This document shows positions 30,785 through 41,040 of a DNA stretch of 64,000 nucleotides, piece after piece (position 1 is the first letter of the stretch; each line of letters opens with the position of its first letter). The stretch is from an uncultured Acidobacteriota bacterium. Its GTDB lineage: Bacteria > Acidobacteriota > UBA6911 > RPQK01 > JAPXNP01. Both the position numbers and the translations under genes were made by a program. The stretch spans positions 768,001 through 832,000 of the forward strand of contig CAVZRV010000007.1 of assembly GCA_963777605.1 (NCBI GenBank), written 5' to 3'. Under the pieces are notes generated by a model that worked only from the letters and a program-made list of their open reading frames with translations, was not told the origin of the DNA and ran no database searches.

Positions 30785-32759
30785 GCCACTTGTCGACATA
30801 AACCGAGAAGTCCTCGGGAACCCAGGTGGTCGCGCTGTACTCTACGACGACCGCTGGTCCCTCAAAGCGGTTCCCTGCTGTCAGCTTGCTCCGGATATAG
30901 AACTTGACCGGCTTTTCGGTTCTCTGTCCCTCGATTACCTTTTCCTGGAGCAGCGCCTCCTTGACCGGTTCCGCATCGGCGAGTTCGAATTCGGGTATCG
31001 CGGGCATCGGATAGCGGGCCCTGGCCCTCACCCTGAGATTGACCACTTCCACGGTTAACCCGTCGTTGCTGTAGCCGTAGACTTGTGCGTGACGCGCGTG
31101 AAAGCGCGCCACCAGGTCGTCGGAAAAGGGTATGTTGAGCTCGTAGGATTGCCCAAGGTAACGGGTATCGACCGATCGTTCCAATTCGATCGCGGCCTGC
31201 TCAAACCCCTGCTCGGCCAGCCGTGCCGCTACTTCGCCTTCGAGAGCGACAAGCTTCTCTCCGAGGGTGGGGATCAAGGCCTCGTCTTCCGAGTTCAAAA
31301 CCAGGGTCCGTGAAATATCGTGCACAACATCGGCCCGAAGGATACCCATCGCGGAAAGTGCGCCGGGATGGACCGGCACGAGCACCCGAGGAATCAGCAA
31401 GGCCCGCGCCAGCTCGCAGGCGTGAAGGGCACCGGCACCGCCGAAGGTCACCAGGGTAAAGTCCCGCGTATCGTAACCGCGCTGCAGGGAGATCACCCGG
31501 AGGGCACGTTCCATCTGTGTGTTGACAATCCGGATGATGCCTTCCGCGATCTCAGAAGTTGCCCGGTTACGCCCTTCCACCTGGGTGAGAGAAGCGGACA
31601 GCTGATCGAGTGCTTCAACAATCTTCTCGGGGAACAGCTTCATTTCGCCGCCCAGGAAAAAGTCTGGATCGATCCGCCCCAAAAAGACATTGGCGTCGGT
31701 GACGGTCGGATCCGTGCCCCGCCCGTAGCAAAGCGGCCCCGGGTCGGCCCCGGCACTGCGCGGCCCCACCTTGAGGAGACCTCCCTCGTCAACCCAGGCG
31801 ATCGAACCCCCGCCCGCACCCACGGAATGGATCCCAATCGACTGTATGGAAACGGGGTGATGCCCGATGACGTTCTCGTTCGTCGTCTCAATGCGGCCGT
31901 CGCACAGGCAAACATCGGTGGAGGTTCCCCCCATGTCCAGCGTGATGATCTTCTCGTAGCCGGCCGCTCGGGCAACTTCAAAAGCCCCCACGACTCCACC
32001 TGCAGGACCGGAAAAGAGGGTCCGGACCGGTTCCTGCTCCGCCCATGAGGGGGAGATGGAGCCGCCGTTCGACTGCATGATAGTCAGCGAACCTCTCTGC
32101 ACCAGCTCATTCTCACGAAGGGCGGCCAGGTAACGCGACATGATCGGCTGGACATAGGCATTGATGACCGTGGTCGATGTTCGTTCGAATTCCCTGAACT
32201 CGGGAATGATGCGGTGAGACAGGGAGATCGGCAGACCAAAGTCGGCCAGGCTCTGTTCGATCCGGTTCTCGCTGTCCGGATTAAGGTAGCTGTACAGCAA
32301 GGCGACCGCTATCGCTTCGGGCTTGAGCTGCTGAATCTTCGTCTTGAGCCACTCAAGGCTCTTCTGTTCGAGGGGGATCAATGAACTGCCATCCCAGAGA
32401 GTTCTTTCCTTGATCCCGATTCGCTGGCGCTCCGGAACCAGCGGTTCGGGCCGGGAACTGCCCAAGTAATACAGCTCCGGGCGATTCTGCCGACCGATCT
32501 CGAGGATGTCCTCAAAGCCCTGGTTGGTGACAAGCACGCACTTGGCCCCCTTTCGCTCGAGAAAGGCGTTGGTTGCGACCGTTGAACCGTGCTGCAGGAG
32601 AAATCCTTCGCTGTCACCCACCGATCGGACCACTCCCTCCAACACGGCAAGATGGGGTTGGTTCGGGGTTGACGGGAGCTTGAAGACAGAGAGGGATTCG
32701 CCGTCGAAAACTACGAAGTCAGTAAAGGTTCCACCCGTATCTATGCCAATCCTGAGCAT
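30756..32759 (-). CDS. Hydantoinase/oxoprolinase A-type (ATP-binding) subunit
   Basis: GIDTGGTFTD, HGSTVATNA, SGPAGG, DMGGTSTD, GAGGGS, FGGAGALHA; start revised to ATG at 32759. Confidence 0.92.
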   Translation of the reverse strand: MLRIGIDTGGTFTDFVVFDGESLSVFKLPSTPNQPHLAVLEGVVRSVGDSEGFLLQHGSTVATNAFLERKGAKCVLVTNQGFEDILEIGRQNRPELYYLGSSRPEPLVPERQRIGIKERTLWDGSSLIPLEQKSLEWLKTKIQQLKPEAIAVALLYSYLNPDSENRIEQSLADFGLPISLSHRIIPEFREFERTSTTVINAYVQPIMSRYLAALRENELVQRGSLTIMQSNGGSISPSWAEQEPVRTLFSGPAGGVVGAFEVARAAGYEKIITLDMGGTSTDVCLCDGRIETTNENVIGHHPVSIQSIGIHSVGAGGGSIAWVDEGGLLKVGPRSAGADPGPLCYGRGTDPTVTDANVFLGRIDPDFFLGGEMKLFPEKIVEALDQLSASLTQVEGRNRATSEIAEGIIRIVNTQMERALRVISLQRGYDTRDFTLVTFGGAGALHACELARALLIPRVLVPVHPGALSAMGILRADVVHDISRTLVLNSEDEALIPTLGEKLVALEGEVAARLAEQGFEQAAIELERSVDTRYLGQSYELNIPFSDDLVARFHARHAQVYGYSNDGLTVEVVNLRVRARARYPMPAIPEFELADAEPVKEALLQEKVIEGQRTEKPVKFYIRSKLTAGNRFEGPAVVVEYSATTWVPEDFSVYVDKWLNLVIEPRK

Positions 32760-32899
32760 AAGGACCCTGCGCTTTCCTTTGTGAATGTTAGAATACGAGA
32801 ACATAACATGAAGCGCTGTGTAAATTCACAGTCAGCCGCGGTAGCGGACCTTATGGTCGAGCGCCTGTTGGCGATCTCTATGAGCCTGACAGGACGAAA

Positions 32900-35129
32900 A
32901 TGACACGCCACAAACTCCTCGGAAGGATCATCTGGACTTCTGCCGCACTGCTTGCCCTGGTGCTCGCATTCCTGGTGAGTGTCATCTTCCTGAACCCTTC
33001 GTCGGTGGGAAACCGTGACTTCCTGTGGAACTTCAACTTCTGGGCATCGATGTGGGCGATGCTGTTCGTGCTGGTCCTGGTCCTGGCCGTAGTGCTCGCA
33101 CGCTATCTGATCCGGCTCTTCTTTGAATACCAGGCCGGTTATCCCGGTTCGCGCATCAAGACGAAGCTGGTCCTGACCTTCGTCATCTTTGCTCTCTTTC
33201 CCGCACTGATCATGGCGTTCCTGGCTTTCGGACTGATCAACCAGAACTTGACGACCTGGGTCAGCGCCCCTTCCGAGCAACTACTCTCGGCTTCCGGAAC
33301 CATCTCCCAGGACTACTATGCCGAGAAAGAGCGACGCCTGCTGGCCGAAGCCCGCGATCTGAGCAAGGCGGTTCGGGACGGAAGCCAGTCCCTCGAGCAA
33401 GTCTTCAGTCGCGCTCACTCTCTTGGCTTTGAGGGTATGGCCCTGATCGAACCGTCCGGCAAGGCCCAGGGTACGTTCGGCCGGTTCCCGACCCCTTCGC
33501 CACCCGAAGTGGATCGACAGGTCGAACAGGGCGCTGTCCTTCTACCACCTCGATCCGGGCGTGAACACCGGCTCTCTGATCGAAGACCGGATCTGGCTTT
33601 CCGTTGCGCTCGACCCGGGCTCGACGGACCGGGGAGAGATGCTGCTGCTCTACTCCCAGATTCCCAACAGCGTCGCTTTTCAGCTCAGCAACGTAGCTGA
33701 GGCCAACCGGGTCTACTCGGGGCTCAAGGGGACCCTGGTCTCGCTTCGCTTCACCTACATCCTGATCCTGACCGTCACCACCCTGGCCGTCGTTTTCGGC
33801 TTCGTCTGGCTCGGCAACTACATTGCTCGCAAGCTGACTGTTCCTCTTGAAGCCCTCGCCAAGGGCTCCATGGAACTGGCCGAAGGTAACCTGGACCACC
33901 GGGTCGAGGTTGCGGCGGTGGACGAACTGCGCATCGTGGTGGATTCATTCAACACGATGGCCGACGAGCTACGGGAGAATCGGCGACAGGTCGAGGCAAC
34001 CAACGATGAGTTGCGCCGAACCAACATTCACCTCGACGAACGTCGGCGCTACATCGAGACGGTCCTTCAGAACATTGCAACGGGAGTCATCACGCTCGAC
34101 CAGTACGACATGGTCCGAACAGCCAATAACTCCGCCTTGAAGATGCTCCAGCGCGCGGCCCGGGACACGGTCAACCAGCCCCTGACGAAGGTGGTCAGCG
34201 AAGTGATGTGCCAGGAACTGCTCGACATGAAACAGCGGGCAGGCCTCTATGGGACCTATCGCAAGCAGCTAACGATCGAACGGCCCGTCGGCCAGCTCTA
34301 CGTTGCCGCCACGATGACCATCAACGCCCTCGATGCGGGAGTCGAGTACCTGGTGGTTCTCGACGACCTGACCGAGTTGATCCGGGCCGAGAAGTTCGCC
34401 GCCTGGCAGGAAGTCGCCCGCCGCCTGGCGCATGAGATCAAGAATCCACTGACCCCGATTCAACTGTCGACCGAACGCATCGAACGTCGATTCTCCCGCT
34501 TGGCGCCACTGCTGCCTGATATCGTGGAGGTCGAGGGATTTCAGCAGGTTCTCTCTGAGGCTTCCCGGATCATTTCAATGGAATCGCGAATCCTCAAGAA
34601 CCTCCTCTCCGAGTTCTCCCGCTTTGCCCGGCTGCCCATGTTCAAACCGGAGCGGGTGGACCTGCACTTCCTGTTGGACGAAGCCATAAAACGCTACGAC
34701 GACAGCCTCTCCTCGGTCCGGATGACCAAGACCCTCGATCCCGGGATCTCCGCAATCTGGGCCGACCCGGAGCAACTCCAGCGGGTCTTCGTGAATCTGA
34801 TCGACAATTCCCTCGATGCACTGGTCGATGAACCAGACCGTGCAATCGACATTCGCACCACCTTGAACTCGACCAGGAAGTCCGTAAGCATTGAGTTTTC
34901 GGACACGGGGCACGGCATTGCGGCGGAAGATTTTGAACACCTGTTCCTCCCCTATTTCTCGACCAAGAAGAAGGGTACCGGGTTGGGTTTAGCCATAGTT
35001 CGCCAGATTGTCTCCGAACACGGCGGTTTCATAAGGGCCGAGCGCAACCTGCCCAGAGGCACGCGGATCACCATGGAAATTCCAATTGACGGACAAGCAG
35101 CACATGCGATCCAGGATTCTGATAGTTGA
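32900..35129 (+). pseudogene. NtrY-like sensor kinase split by a +1 frameshift near 33530 (real or assembly error)
   Basis: N-terminal TM part (GSRIKTKLVLTF) in one frame; HAMP-PAS-HisKA (AWQEVARRLAHEIKNPLTPIQLS) in the next; both frames open over 33447-33700. Confidence 0.85.
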
Positions 35130-36447
35130 CGACGAACCGAACGTAAGAGCATCGATGGAAGCCATCCTGCGGGATGAAGGCTTTGCGGTGGACTCGGTTC
35201 CCACGGGGGAGGAGTGCCTCAGGGTCGTTGAGAAACGTGCCTACGACGTCGCATTTCTGGACGTCTGGCTTCCCGGCAAGGACGGAATCGAGATCCTCTC
35301 GGAGCTCAAAGCCAAGTGCCCGGGACTGTACGTCATCATGATTTCTGGCCACGCATCGATCGAGACGGCAGTAAAATCGACCAAGCTGGGAGCTTTCGAT
35401 TTCATTGAGAAACCGCTCTCACTCGAGAAAATCTACCTCGTCCTGGAACACGCCCTCGAACAGATTCGATTGGAGAATGAGAACGAGAACCTCAAGGAGA
35501 TCCTCCGGCGCGATAACCTCATGATCGGCACCTCGGTTCCGATGCAGGCGCTCCGGCAGCAGATTCGTTATGCAGCGCCCACCGAGGGAAGGATCCTGAT
35601 CTTCGGTGAGAACGGGACCGGAAAAGAGCTGGTAGCTCGCCTCGTTCACCTGCAAAGCCAGCGACGGGACCGGCCGTTCATCGAGGTCAACTGTGCCGCT
35701 ATCCCGGAAGAACTGATCGAAAGCGAACTGCTGGGCAGCGTCAAGGGCGCTTACACCGGCGCGACGGAAACCCGCAAGGGGAAATTTGAGTTGGCCGACC
35801 AGGGCACCCTGTTCCTCGACGAAATTGGGGACATGAGCCTGAAAACCCAGGCCAAGGTCCTCCGTGTCCTCGAGGAACAGCGCTTCTCTCCGGTTGGCAG
35901 CAACCAGATCGTCGAAGTAGACGTGCGGGTCATTGCGGCCACCAATCAGAACCTCGAACAGAAGATAGAAGAAGGAACTTTCCGCGAGGACCTCTTTTTT
36001 CGCCTGAACGTCATCCCATTTGAAGTTCCTCCCCTGCGGCAGCGCAGGGAGGACGTGCCGCTGCTGGTCGACTACTTCATGGAGCACTTCTCTCGACAAT
36101 ACGGCCGGGAACCCAAGGCGGTCGAATCTGATGCCTTGGAGTATCTGAAGAACTACGCCTGGCCCGGCAATGTCCGGGAGCTCAAGAACATCGTCGAACG
36201 GCTGGTGATCATGCTCCCGCGGGAGGAAATTCGCCTGATCGACTTGCCGGTTTCGTTGCTCAAGGCAGGTCCGGACGAGGGAGACGGCGGGCGGGCCAAC
36301 TGGCAGCGCGCCCGGGAGGGATTCGAGCGCGACTTCCTCCTGAGGAGCCTCCAGGACAATGACGGCAACATCTCCAAGACTGCCGCGGCGATCGGGATGG
36401 AACGCAGCCACCTTTACCGAAAACTCAAGAATTTCAACCTGAAGTAG
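35104..36447 (+). CDS. NtrX-like sigma54-type response regulator
   Basis: Receiver domain, GENGTGKE, GAYTGA, WPGNVREL, HTH ERSHLYRKL; follows the NtrY-like gene. Confidence 0.93.
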   Translation: MRSRILIVDDEPNVRASMEAILRDEGFAVDSVPTGEECLRVVEKRAYDVAFLDVWLPGKDGIEILSELKAKCPGLYVIMISGHASIETAVKSTKLGAFDFIEKPLSLEKIYLVLEHALEQIRLENENENLKEILRRDNLMIGTSVPMQALRQQIRYAAPTEGRILIFGENGTGKELVARLVHLQSQRRDRPFIEVNCAAIPEELIESELLGSVKGAYTGATETRKGKFELADQGTLFLDEIGDMSLKTQAKVLRVLEEQRFSPVGSNQIVEVDVRVIAATNQNLEQKIEEGTFREDLFFRLNVIPFEVPPLRQRREDVPLLVDYFMEHFSRQYGREPKAVESDALEYLKNYAWPGNVRELKNIVERLVIMLPREEIRLIDLPVSLLKAGPDEGDGGRANWQRAREGFERDFLLRSLQDNDGNISKTAAAIGMERSHLYRKLKNFNLK

Positions 36448-36484
36448 TCACAAGAGACGCCGTCACCCCGGGGTTGATAAGCTG

Positions 36485-37396
36485 GTGAGCGTGCAACGCC
36501 TCGTCAACGAGTTCCTTGACTACGTAAAGTACGGGCGCAATTACTCGGCCCGGACGGTCTCTGCCTACCGCCGAGACTTGTCCGAGTTTCTCGCTCACCT
36601 TGGACAGGGGGCCGAGAACATCTCTCCGAGCCAACTCGACCACATCACGATCCGGGACTTCCTCGCCGAGTTGCAGGCACGTGGCAACTGCCGCTCTTCT
36701 GCGGCCCGCAAGCTCGCGGCCGTTCGTTCATTTTTCAAGTTCCTCCATCGGGAGGGGTACATCGCCCGGAATCCGGCCCGACTGGTGCGCACCCCTCGCC
36801 AACCTTCGCGCGATCCCCAGTTGCTGACGGAGAAGCAGATCGTAATGATCCTCGAACTGCCCGACTCCAAAACCCCCTTGGGACGGCGCGACCGTGCCAT
36901 GTTGGAACTCCTCTACGCAACAGGCATTCGGGTTTCTGAGATGACTTCCCTGAACCTGGCCGATTGCTCCCTTGGCGACCGACTGCTCAAGGTGCGAGGA
37001 AAAGGGGCCAAGGAACGCATCGTCCCGTTCGGCGAGCCTGCCCGATTGACCCTGGACGATTACCTTCCCGCCCGATCCGGCATCCTTTTGAAGGCCCGCT
37101 CGGCCACGGAACCTGAGGCGCTCTTTCTCAACGCTCGGGGAGGACGCATCACAGCCCGATCGGTTGAGCGAATCCTGCGGGATTATGCTCTACGCGGCGC
37201 CACGCTGCTTCACGTCCACCCACACCTGTTTCGGCACTCCTTCGCAACCCATCTCCTTAACCGGGGTGCCGACCTCCGTGCCATCCAGGAACTCCTCGGG
37301 CACGAAAGTCTGTCCACAACCCAGAAGTACACCCACTTGGCCCTCGACGAACTCCTGCGTGCTTACCGGAGTGCCCACCCCCGGGCTGGACGGTAA
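36485..37396 (+). CDS. xerC: Tyrosine recombinase XerC-like
   Basis: RDRAMLELLYATGIRVSE, GKGAKER, HPHLFRHSFATHLL, LLGH..LSTTQKYT; housekeeping context. Confidence 0.88.
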   Translation: MSVQRLVNEFLDYVKYGRNYSARTVSAYRRDLSEFLAHLGQGAENISPSQLDHITIRDFLAELQARGNCRSSAARKLAAVRSFFKFLHREGYIARNPARLVRTPRQPSRDPQLLTEKQIVMILELPDSKTPLGRRDRAMLELLYATGIRVSEMTSLNLADCSLGDRLLKVRGKGAKERIVPFGEPARLTLDDYLPARSGILLKARSATEPEALFLNARGGRITARSVERILRDYALRGATLLHVHPHLFRHSFATHLLNRGADLRAIQELLGHESLSTTQKYTHLALDELLRAYRSAHPRAGR

Positions 37397-37543
37397 GCCG
37401 ACAAACTGATAAGCTCCCGTCTTAGTACGGAGCGAAGCCACCCCCCGGGCTCGGTAACTTGAGCTCTGGCTAGACTTCCCTTTTCATTTCTGCTAGATTT
37501 ACGTTTTTTGCACGAGCTGAAACAGGAGCGTTTGTAGATAGAG

Positions 37544-37810
37544 ATGCTGACGAAAGACAAGAAAATCGAAATCGTAGGTGAGTTTCGACAGCACGATTCG
37601 GACACCGGGTCCCCCGAAGTTCAGGTCGCGTTGCTCAGCGAGCGGATTCGGGAGTTGACTGAGCACTTCAAGGTGCACAAAAAGGACTACCACTCCCGGC
37701 GGGGTCTGCTGAAACTGGTTGGTCGTCGGAGACGGTTACTCGATTACTTGAAGAAGCACGATTTCGCCCGTTACAAGGAAGTGATCGAGCGGCTCGGCAT
37801 CCGTAAGTAA
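37544..37810 (+). CDS. rpsO: 30S ribosomal protein S15
   Basis: [34 protein letters not shown]. Confidence 0.99.
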   Translation: MLTKDKKIEIVGEFRQHDSDTGSPEVQVALLSERIRELTEHFKVHKKDYHSRRGLLKLVGRRRRLLDYLKKHDFARYKEVIERLGIRK

Positions 37811-37950
37811 CCGGTTCCCTATTTCGGGCTCGTGATGAACCGGTTTCATCATAAGGAAGCCTGGCTAGCGTTGAATATGCCGTGACGTCTACATCTGTCA
37901 GATATCCTTCCCCTTCCGAGTCACCACGCTTCAGCTTTCTTTCAAACAGT

Positions 37951-38039
37951 TATTCGAGGTTCTCCATGTTAGAAGAGGCCGGTATCGATACCAGTCTCTC
38001 TCCAATTCAACTCGGAGACCCATCCATAATCAGTGAATA
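37951..38039 (+). promoter_or_regulatory. Structured pnp 5' leader (long imperfect stem)
   Basis: Nested pairings TATTC/GAATA, GGTTCTCC/GGAGACC, AGAGGCcGGTAT/ATACCaGTCTCT upstream of the pnp RBS. Confidence 0.5.
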
Positions 38040-38054
38040 GTCGGAGGTATATCA

Positions 38055-40253
38055 ATGGTTCACAGAATTAGCGTCACCGTCGGGTCTCGCGAGCTTTCAA
38101 TCGAGACCGGCAGGCTGGCCAAGCAGGCTCACGGTTCGGCATTGGTTCAATGCGGGGATACCGTGGTCCTGGCCACAGCCTGTGCAGACAAGAAACCCAG
38201 GCCCGATTGCGATTTTCTCCCTTTGACCTGTGATTACAGGGAGTACACTTACGCGGCCGGCAAAATCCCCGGCGGCTTTTTCAAGCGGGAAGGGCGCCCC
38301 TCGGAACGAGAGATTCTGGTGTGCCGCCTGATCGACAGGCCTATCCGGCCGCTGTTCCCGTCCAACTATCACCAGGAATCGCAGGTTATCGCGGCCGTAC
38401 TTTCCGCTGAGCCCGACGTCAATCCCGACGTTCTGGCGCTCAACGGGGCATCCGCCGCTCTCTATGCTTCTGAGATCCCGTTTCACAACCCGATCGGTGC
38501 CGTTCGGGTGGGACTCGTCAACGACGAACTGGTCCTGAACCCGGACGTCGAAGAAATGAGTTCGAGCCGTCTTGATCTCGTCGTTGTCGGCACGAAGAAA
38601 GCGATCGTGATGGTGGAGGCCGGAGCCCAGGAAGTCTCCGAAGACAAGGTCCTCGAGGCCCTCGAACTCGCCCACGACGCGATCAAGTCGATCGTTGCCG
38701 CAATCGAGGAACTTGCCGCCAAGGTCGGCAAAGTGAAGTGGGACGTCCCCGAGCTGGTTTTCGACGCGGAAGTCGAAAAGATCGTAAGCGAGAAGGCGCC
38801 GGCCGGGATCAAAGAAGCCCTGGCCATTCAGGACAAGCTCTCCAGCTACCAGAAGATGGATGCCCACAAGGAAGCGATCCTGTCGCTCTTTTCCGAAGAA
38901 GAACCCGAGAAGCGGAGCCAGGCCGGAATGATTTTCGGCCGGATTAAGGAACAGGTGTTCCGGTCGAATCTTCTCAATGACAGGGTCCGGCCGGACCAGC
39001 GCAAGTTCGATGAGATCCGACCGATCTCCTCGGAGGTCGGCATCCTTCCCCGAACTCACGGGTCGGCAATCTTCACTCGAGGTGAAACCCAGGCGCTCGT
39101 AACCGTGACACTCGGGACGGGAGAAGACGAGCAACGGCTCGACAATCTGTCCGGTGAGTCCACCAAGCGCTTCATGCTGCATTACAATTTTCCTCCCTTC
39201 AGCGTGGGAGAGGTCCGGTTCCTGAGAGGGCCCGGACGGCGGGAAATCGGCCACGGCGCCCTGGCGGAGCGGGCGATTCTTCCGGTCCTTCCCGGAGACG
39301 AAGAGTTCCCCTACACTGTCCGGATCGTCTCCGACATCCTGGAGTCCAACGGCTCCTCTTCGATGGCTTCCGTCTGCGGCGGCATCATGGCACTGCAGGA
39401 TGCCGGTGTTACCATCCGCCGTCCAATCGCCGGCATCGCGATGGGCCTGGTGAAGGAGGATGAGAAGTACGCGATCCTTTCCGACATCGCCGGATTTGAA
39501 GACCATTACGGCGACATGGATTTCAAGGTCGCCGGCTCTTCTGAAGGAATCACCGCGCTTCAGATGGATATCAAGATTGAAGGCGTTACCCGTGAAATCA
39601 TGGGGCAGGCACTCGAGCAGGCCCGGGTCGGACGGCTGTTCATTCTCGATCGGATGGCGGCAACAATCGCCGAGTCCCGCACGGCTCTGTCGCCTTTCGC
39701 CCCGCAGGTCTACACCATCATGATCCCGACCGACAAGATCGGTGCGGTGATCGGACCAGGCGGGAAGGTTATCCGGGCTCTCGTCGAAGAGACCGGGACC
39801 AAGATCGACATCGAAGACGACGGACGGGTTCGAATTGCCGCGACGGACGAGGCTTCGGCGCAAAAAGCAATTGCCCGGATCGAAGAGATCACTGCGGTTC
39901 CCCAGGTTGACAAAACCTATCTCGGGAAGGTGGTCAAGGTGGTCGATTTCGGTGCCTTCGTGGAGATTTTCCCCGGCACCGAGGGACTGCTCCACATCTC
40001 GGAAATCGCAGAGCGGAGAATTCAGGACATTCGACAGGAAGTCCATCCCGGCGACAAGATCCTGGTCAAGGTCATTGGAATTGACAATAACAACAAGATC
40101 CGACTGAGTCGCAAGGCGGTGCTGGCAGAGCAGCGGGGCGAAGGTTCGCTTGAGTTGCAGGAAGAAAGGCATCGTTCCGACGATTCAGATCAGGATCAGC
40201 CTCGGGGGGAGCGTCCTCGTTCCCATCGGGATCGACGCCCGACGCGGTCATGA
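38055..40253 (+). CDS. pnp: Polynucleotide phosphorylase
   Basis: [44 protein letters not shown] and S1 domains. Confidence 0.99.
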   Translation: MVHRISVTVGSRELSIETGRLAKQAHGSALVQCGDTVVLATACADKKPRPDCDFLPLTCDYREYTYAAGKIPGGFFKREGRPSEREILVCRLIDRPIRPLFPSNYHQESQVIAAVLSAEPDVNPDVLALNGASAALYASEIPFHNPIGAVRVGLVNDELVLNPDVEEMSSSRLDLVVVGTKKAIVMVEAGAQEVSEDKVLEALELAHDAIKSIVAAIEELAAKVGKVKWDVPELVFDAEVEKIVSEKAPAGIKEALAIQDKLSSYQKMDAHKEAILSLFSEEEPEKRSQAGMIFGRIKEQVFRSNLLNDRVRPDQRKFDEIRPISSEVGILPRTHGSAIFTRGETQALVTVTLGTGEDEQRLDNLSGESTKRFMLHYNFPPFSVGEVRFLRGPGRREIGHGALAERAILPVLPGDEEFPYTVRIVSDILESNGSSSMASVCGGIMALQDAGVTIRRPIAGIAMGLVKEDEKYAILSDIAGFEDHYGDMDFKVAGSSEGITALQMDIKIEGVTREIMGQALEQARVGRLFILDRMAATIAESRTALSPFAPQVYTIMIPTDKIGAVIGPGGKVIRALVEETGTKIDIEDDGRVRIAATDEASAQKAIARIEEITAVPQVDKTYLGKVVKVVDFGAFVEIFPGTEGLLHISEIAERRIQDIRQEVHPGDKILVKVIGIDNNNKIRLSRKAVLAEQRGEGSLELQEERHRSDDSDQDQPRGERPRSHRDRRPTRS

Positions 40254-41008
40254 TTCCAGAACGGCTGCGGCAGGCACTCGAGGACTTCCGAAGCGGTCAA
40301 CTGCCGCTCGAGGAGTTGGAGTGCCTGCTCGAGGCAATGCCCTTTCAGGACTTGGGCTTCGCCAGGGTTGACCACCATCGTGCGTTGCGCCATGGATTTC
40401 CCGAGGTGATTTTCGGAAAAGGAAAGACCCTCGAACAGATCGTCCGCATCGCCGATGCAATTCTCGACCGCAGCCCCAATCTCCTGATCACCCGGGCAAG
40501 TCAGGAGGTCTCCTCCGCAATTCAGGGGAAGTACCCTGAAGCCTCTTTCCACAAGAATTGCCTTGCTATCACGGTGATCCGGAGCCCCCAAATCGTGGGT
40601 CGGGGCCCGATCGGCGTGGTCTCCGCCGGCACCGCCGATATTCCCGTCGCCGAAGAGGCGATGGTGACGGCGTCCGCGATGGGCAATGAGCTGCTCTCCT
40701 GGTATGACGTCGGCGTGGCAGGGATTCATCGTATTCTGAGCGAAGTGGAACGGCTGCGGAAGTGCAGTGTCGTCATTGCCGTTGCCGGGATGGAAGGCGC
40801 TCTCCCGAGCGTAATCGGAGGGCTGGTGGAAGTTCCAGTCATTGCGGTTCCTACCAGTGTCGGCTACGGCGCCTCCTTCGGAGGACTGGCTGCACTGCTC
40901 GGGATGCTCAACAGCTGCTCCTCAAACGTGACTGTGGTCAATATCGACAACGGATTCGGGGCGGGCTACGTGGCCAGTCTGATCAACCGCCGCCGGTCCG
41001 GCGAATAG
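40250..41008 (+). CDS. larB: LarB-like (PurE-related) nickel-pincer cofactor biosynthesis protein
   Basis: [42 protein letters not shown]. Confidence 0.9.
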   Translation: MIPERLRQALEDFRSGQLPLEELECLLEAMPFQDLGFARVDHHRALRHGFPEVIFGKGKTLEQIVRIADAILDRSPNLLITRASQEVSSAIQGKYPEASFHKNCLAITVIRSPQIVGRGPIGVVSAGTADIPVAEEAMVTASAMGNELLSWYDVGVAGIHRILSEVERLRKCSVVIAVAGMEGALPSVIGGLVEVPVIAVPTSVGYGASFGGLAALLGMLNSCSSNVTVVNIDNGFGAGYVASLINRRRSGE

Positions 41009-41040
41009 TCTCCTTTCCCCCTGGAGGCCAGGTTCGCCCA

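Noticed and set aside
35104-36447. GAYTGA instead of GAFTGA in the NtrX-like regulator
   Set aside because: This is a common natural variant and not evidence of novelty on its own.
36485-37396. Tyrosine recombinase as a possible integrase of a mobile element
   Set aside because: Size, motifs and housekeeping neighbours fit chromosomal XerC; no att repeats or cargo genes were seen.
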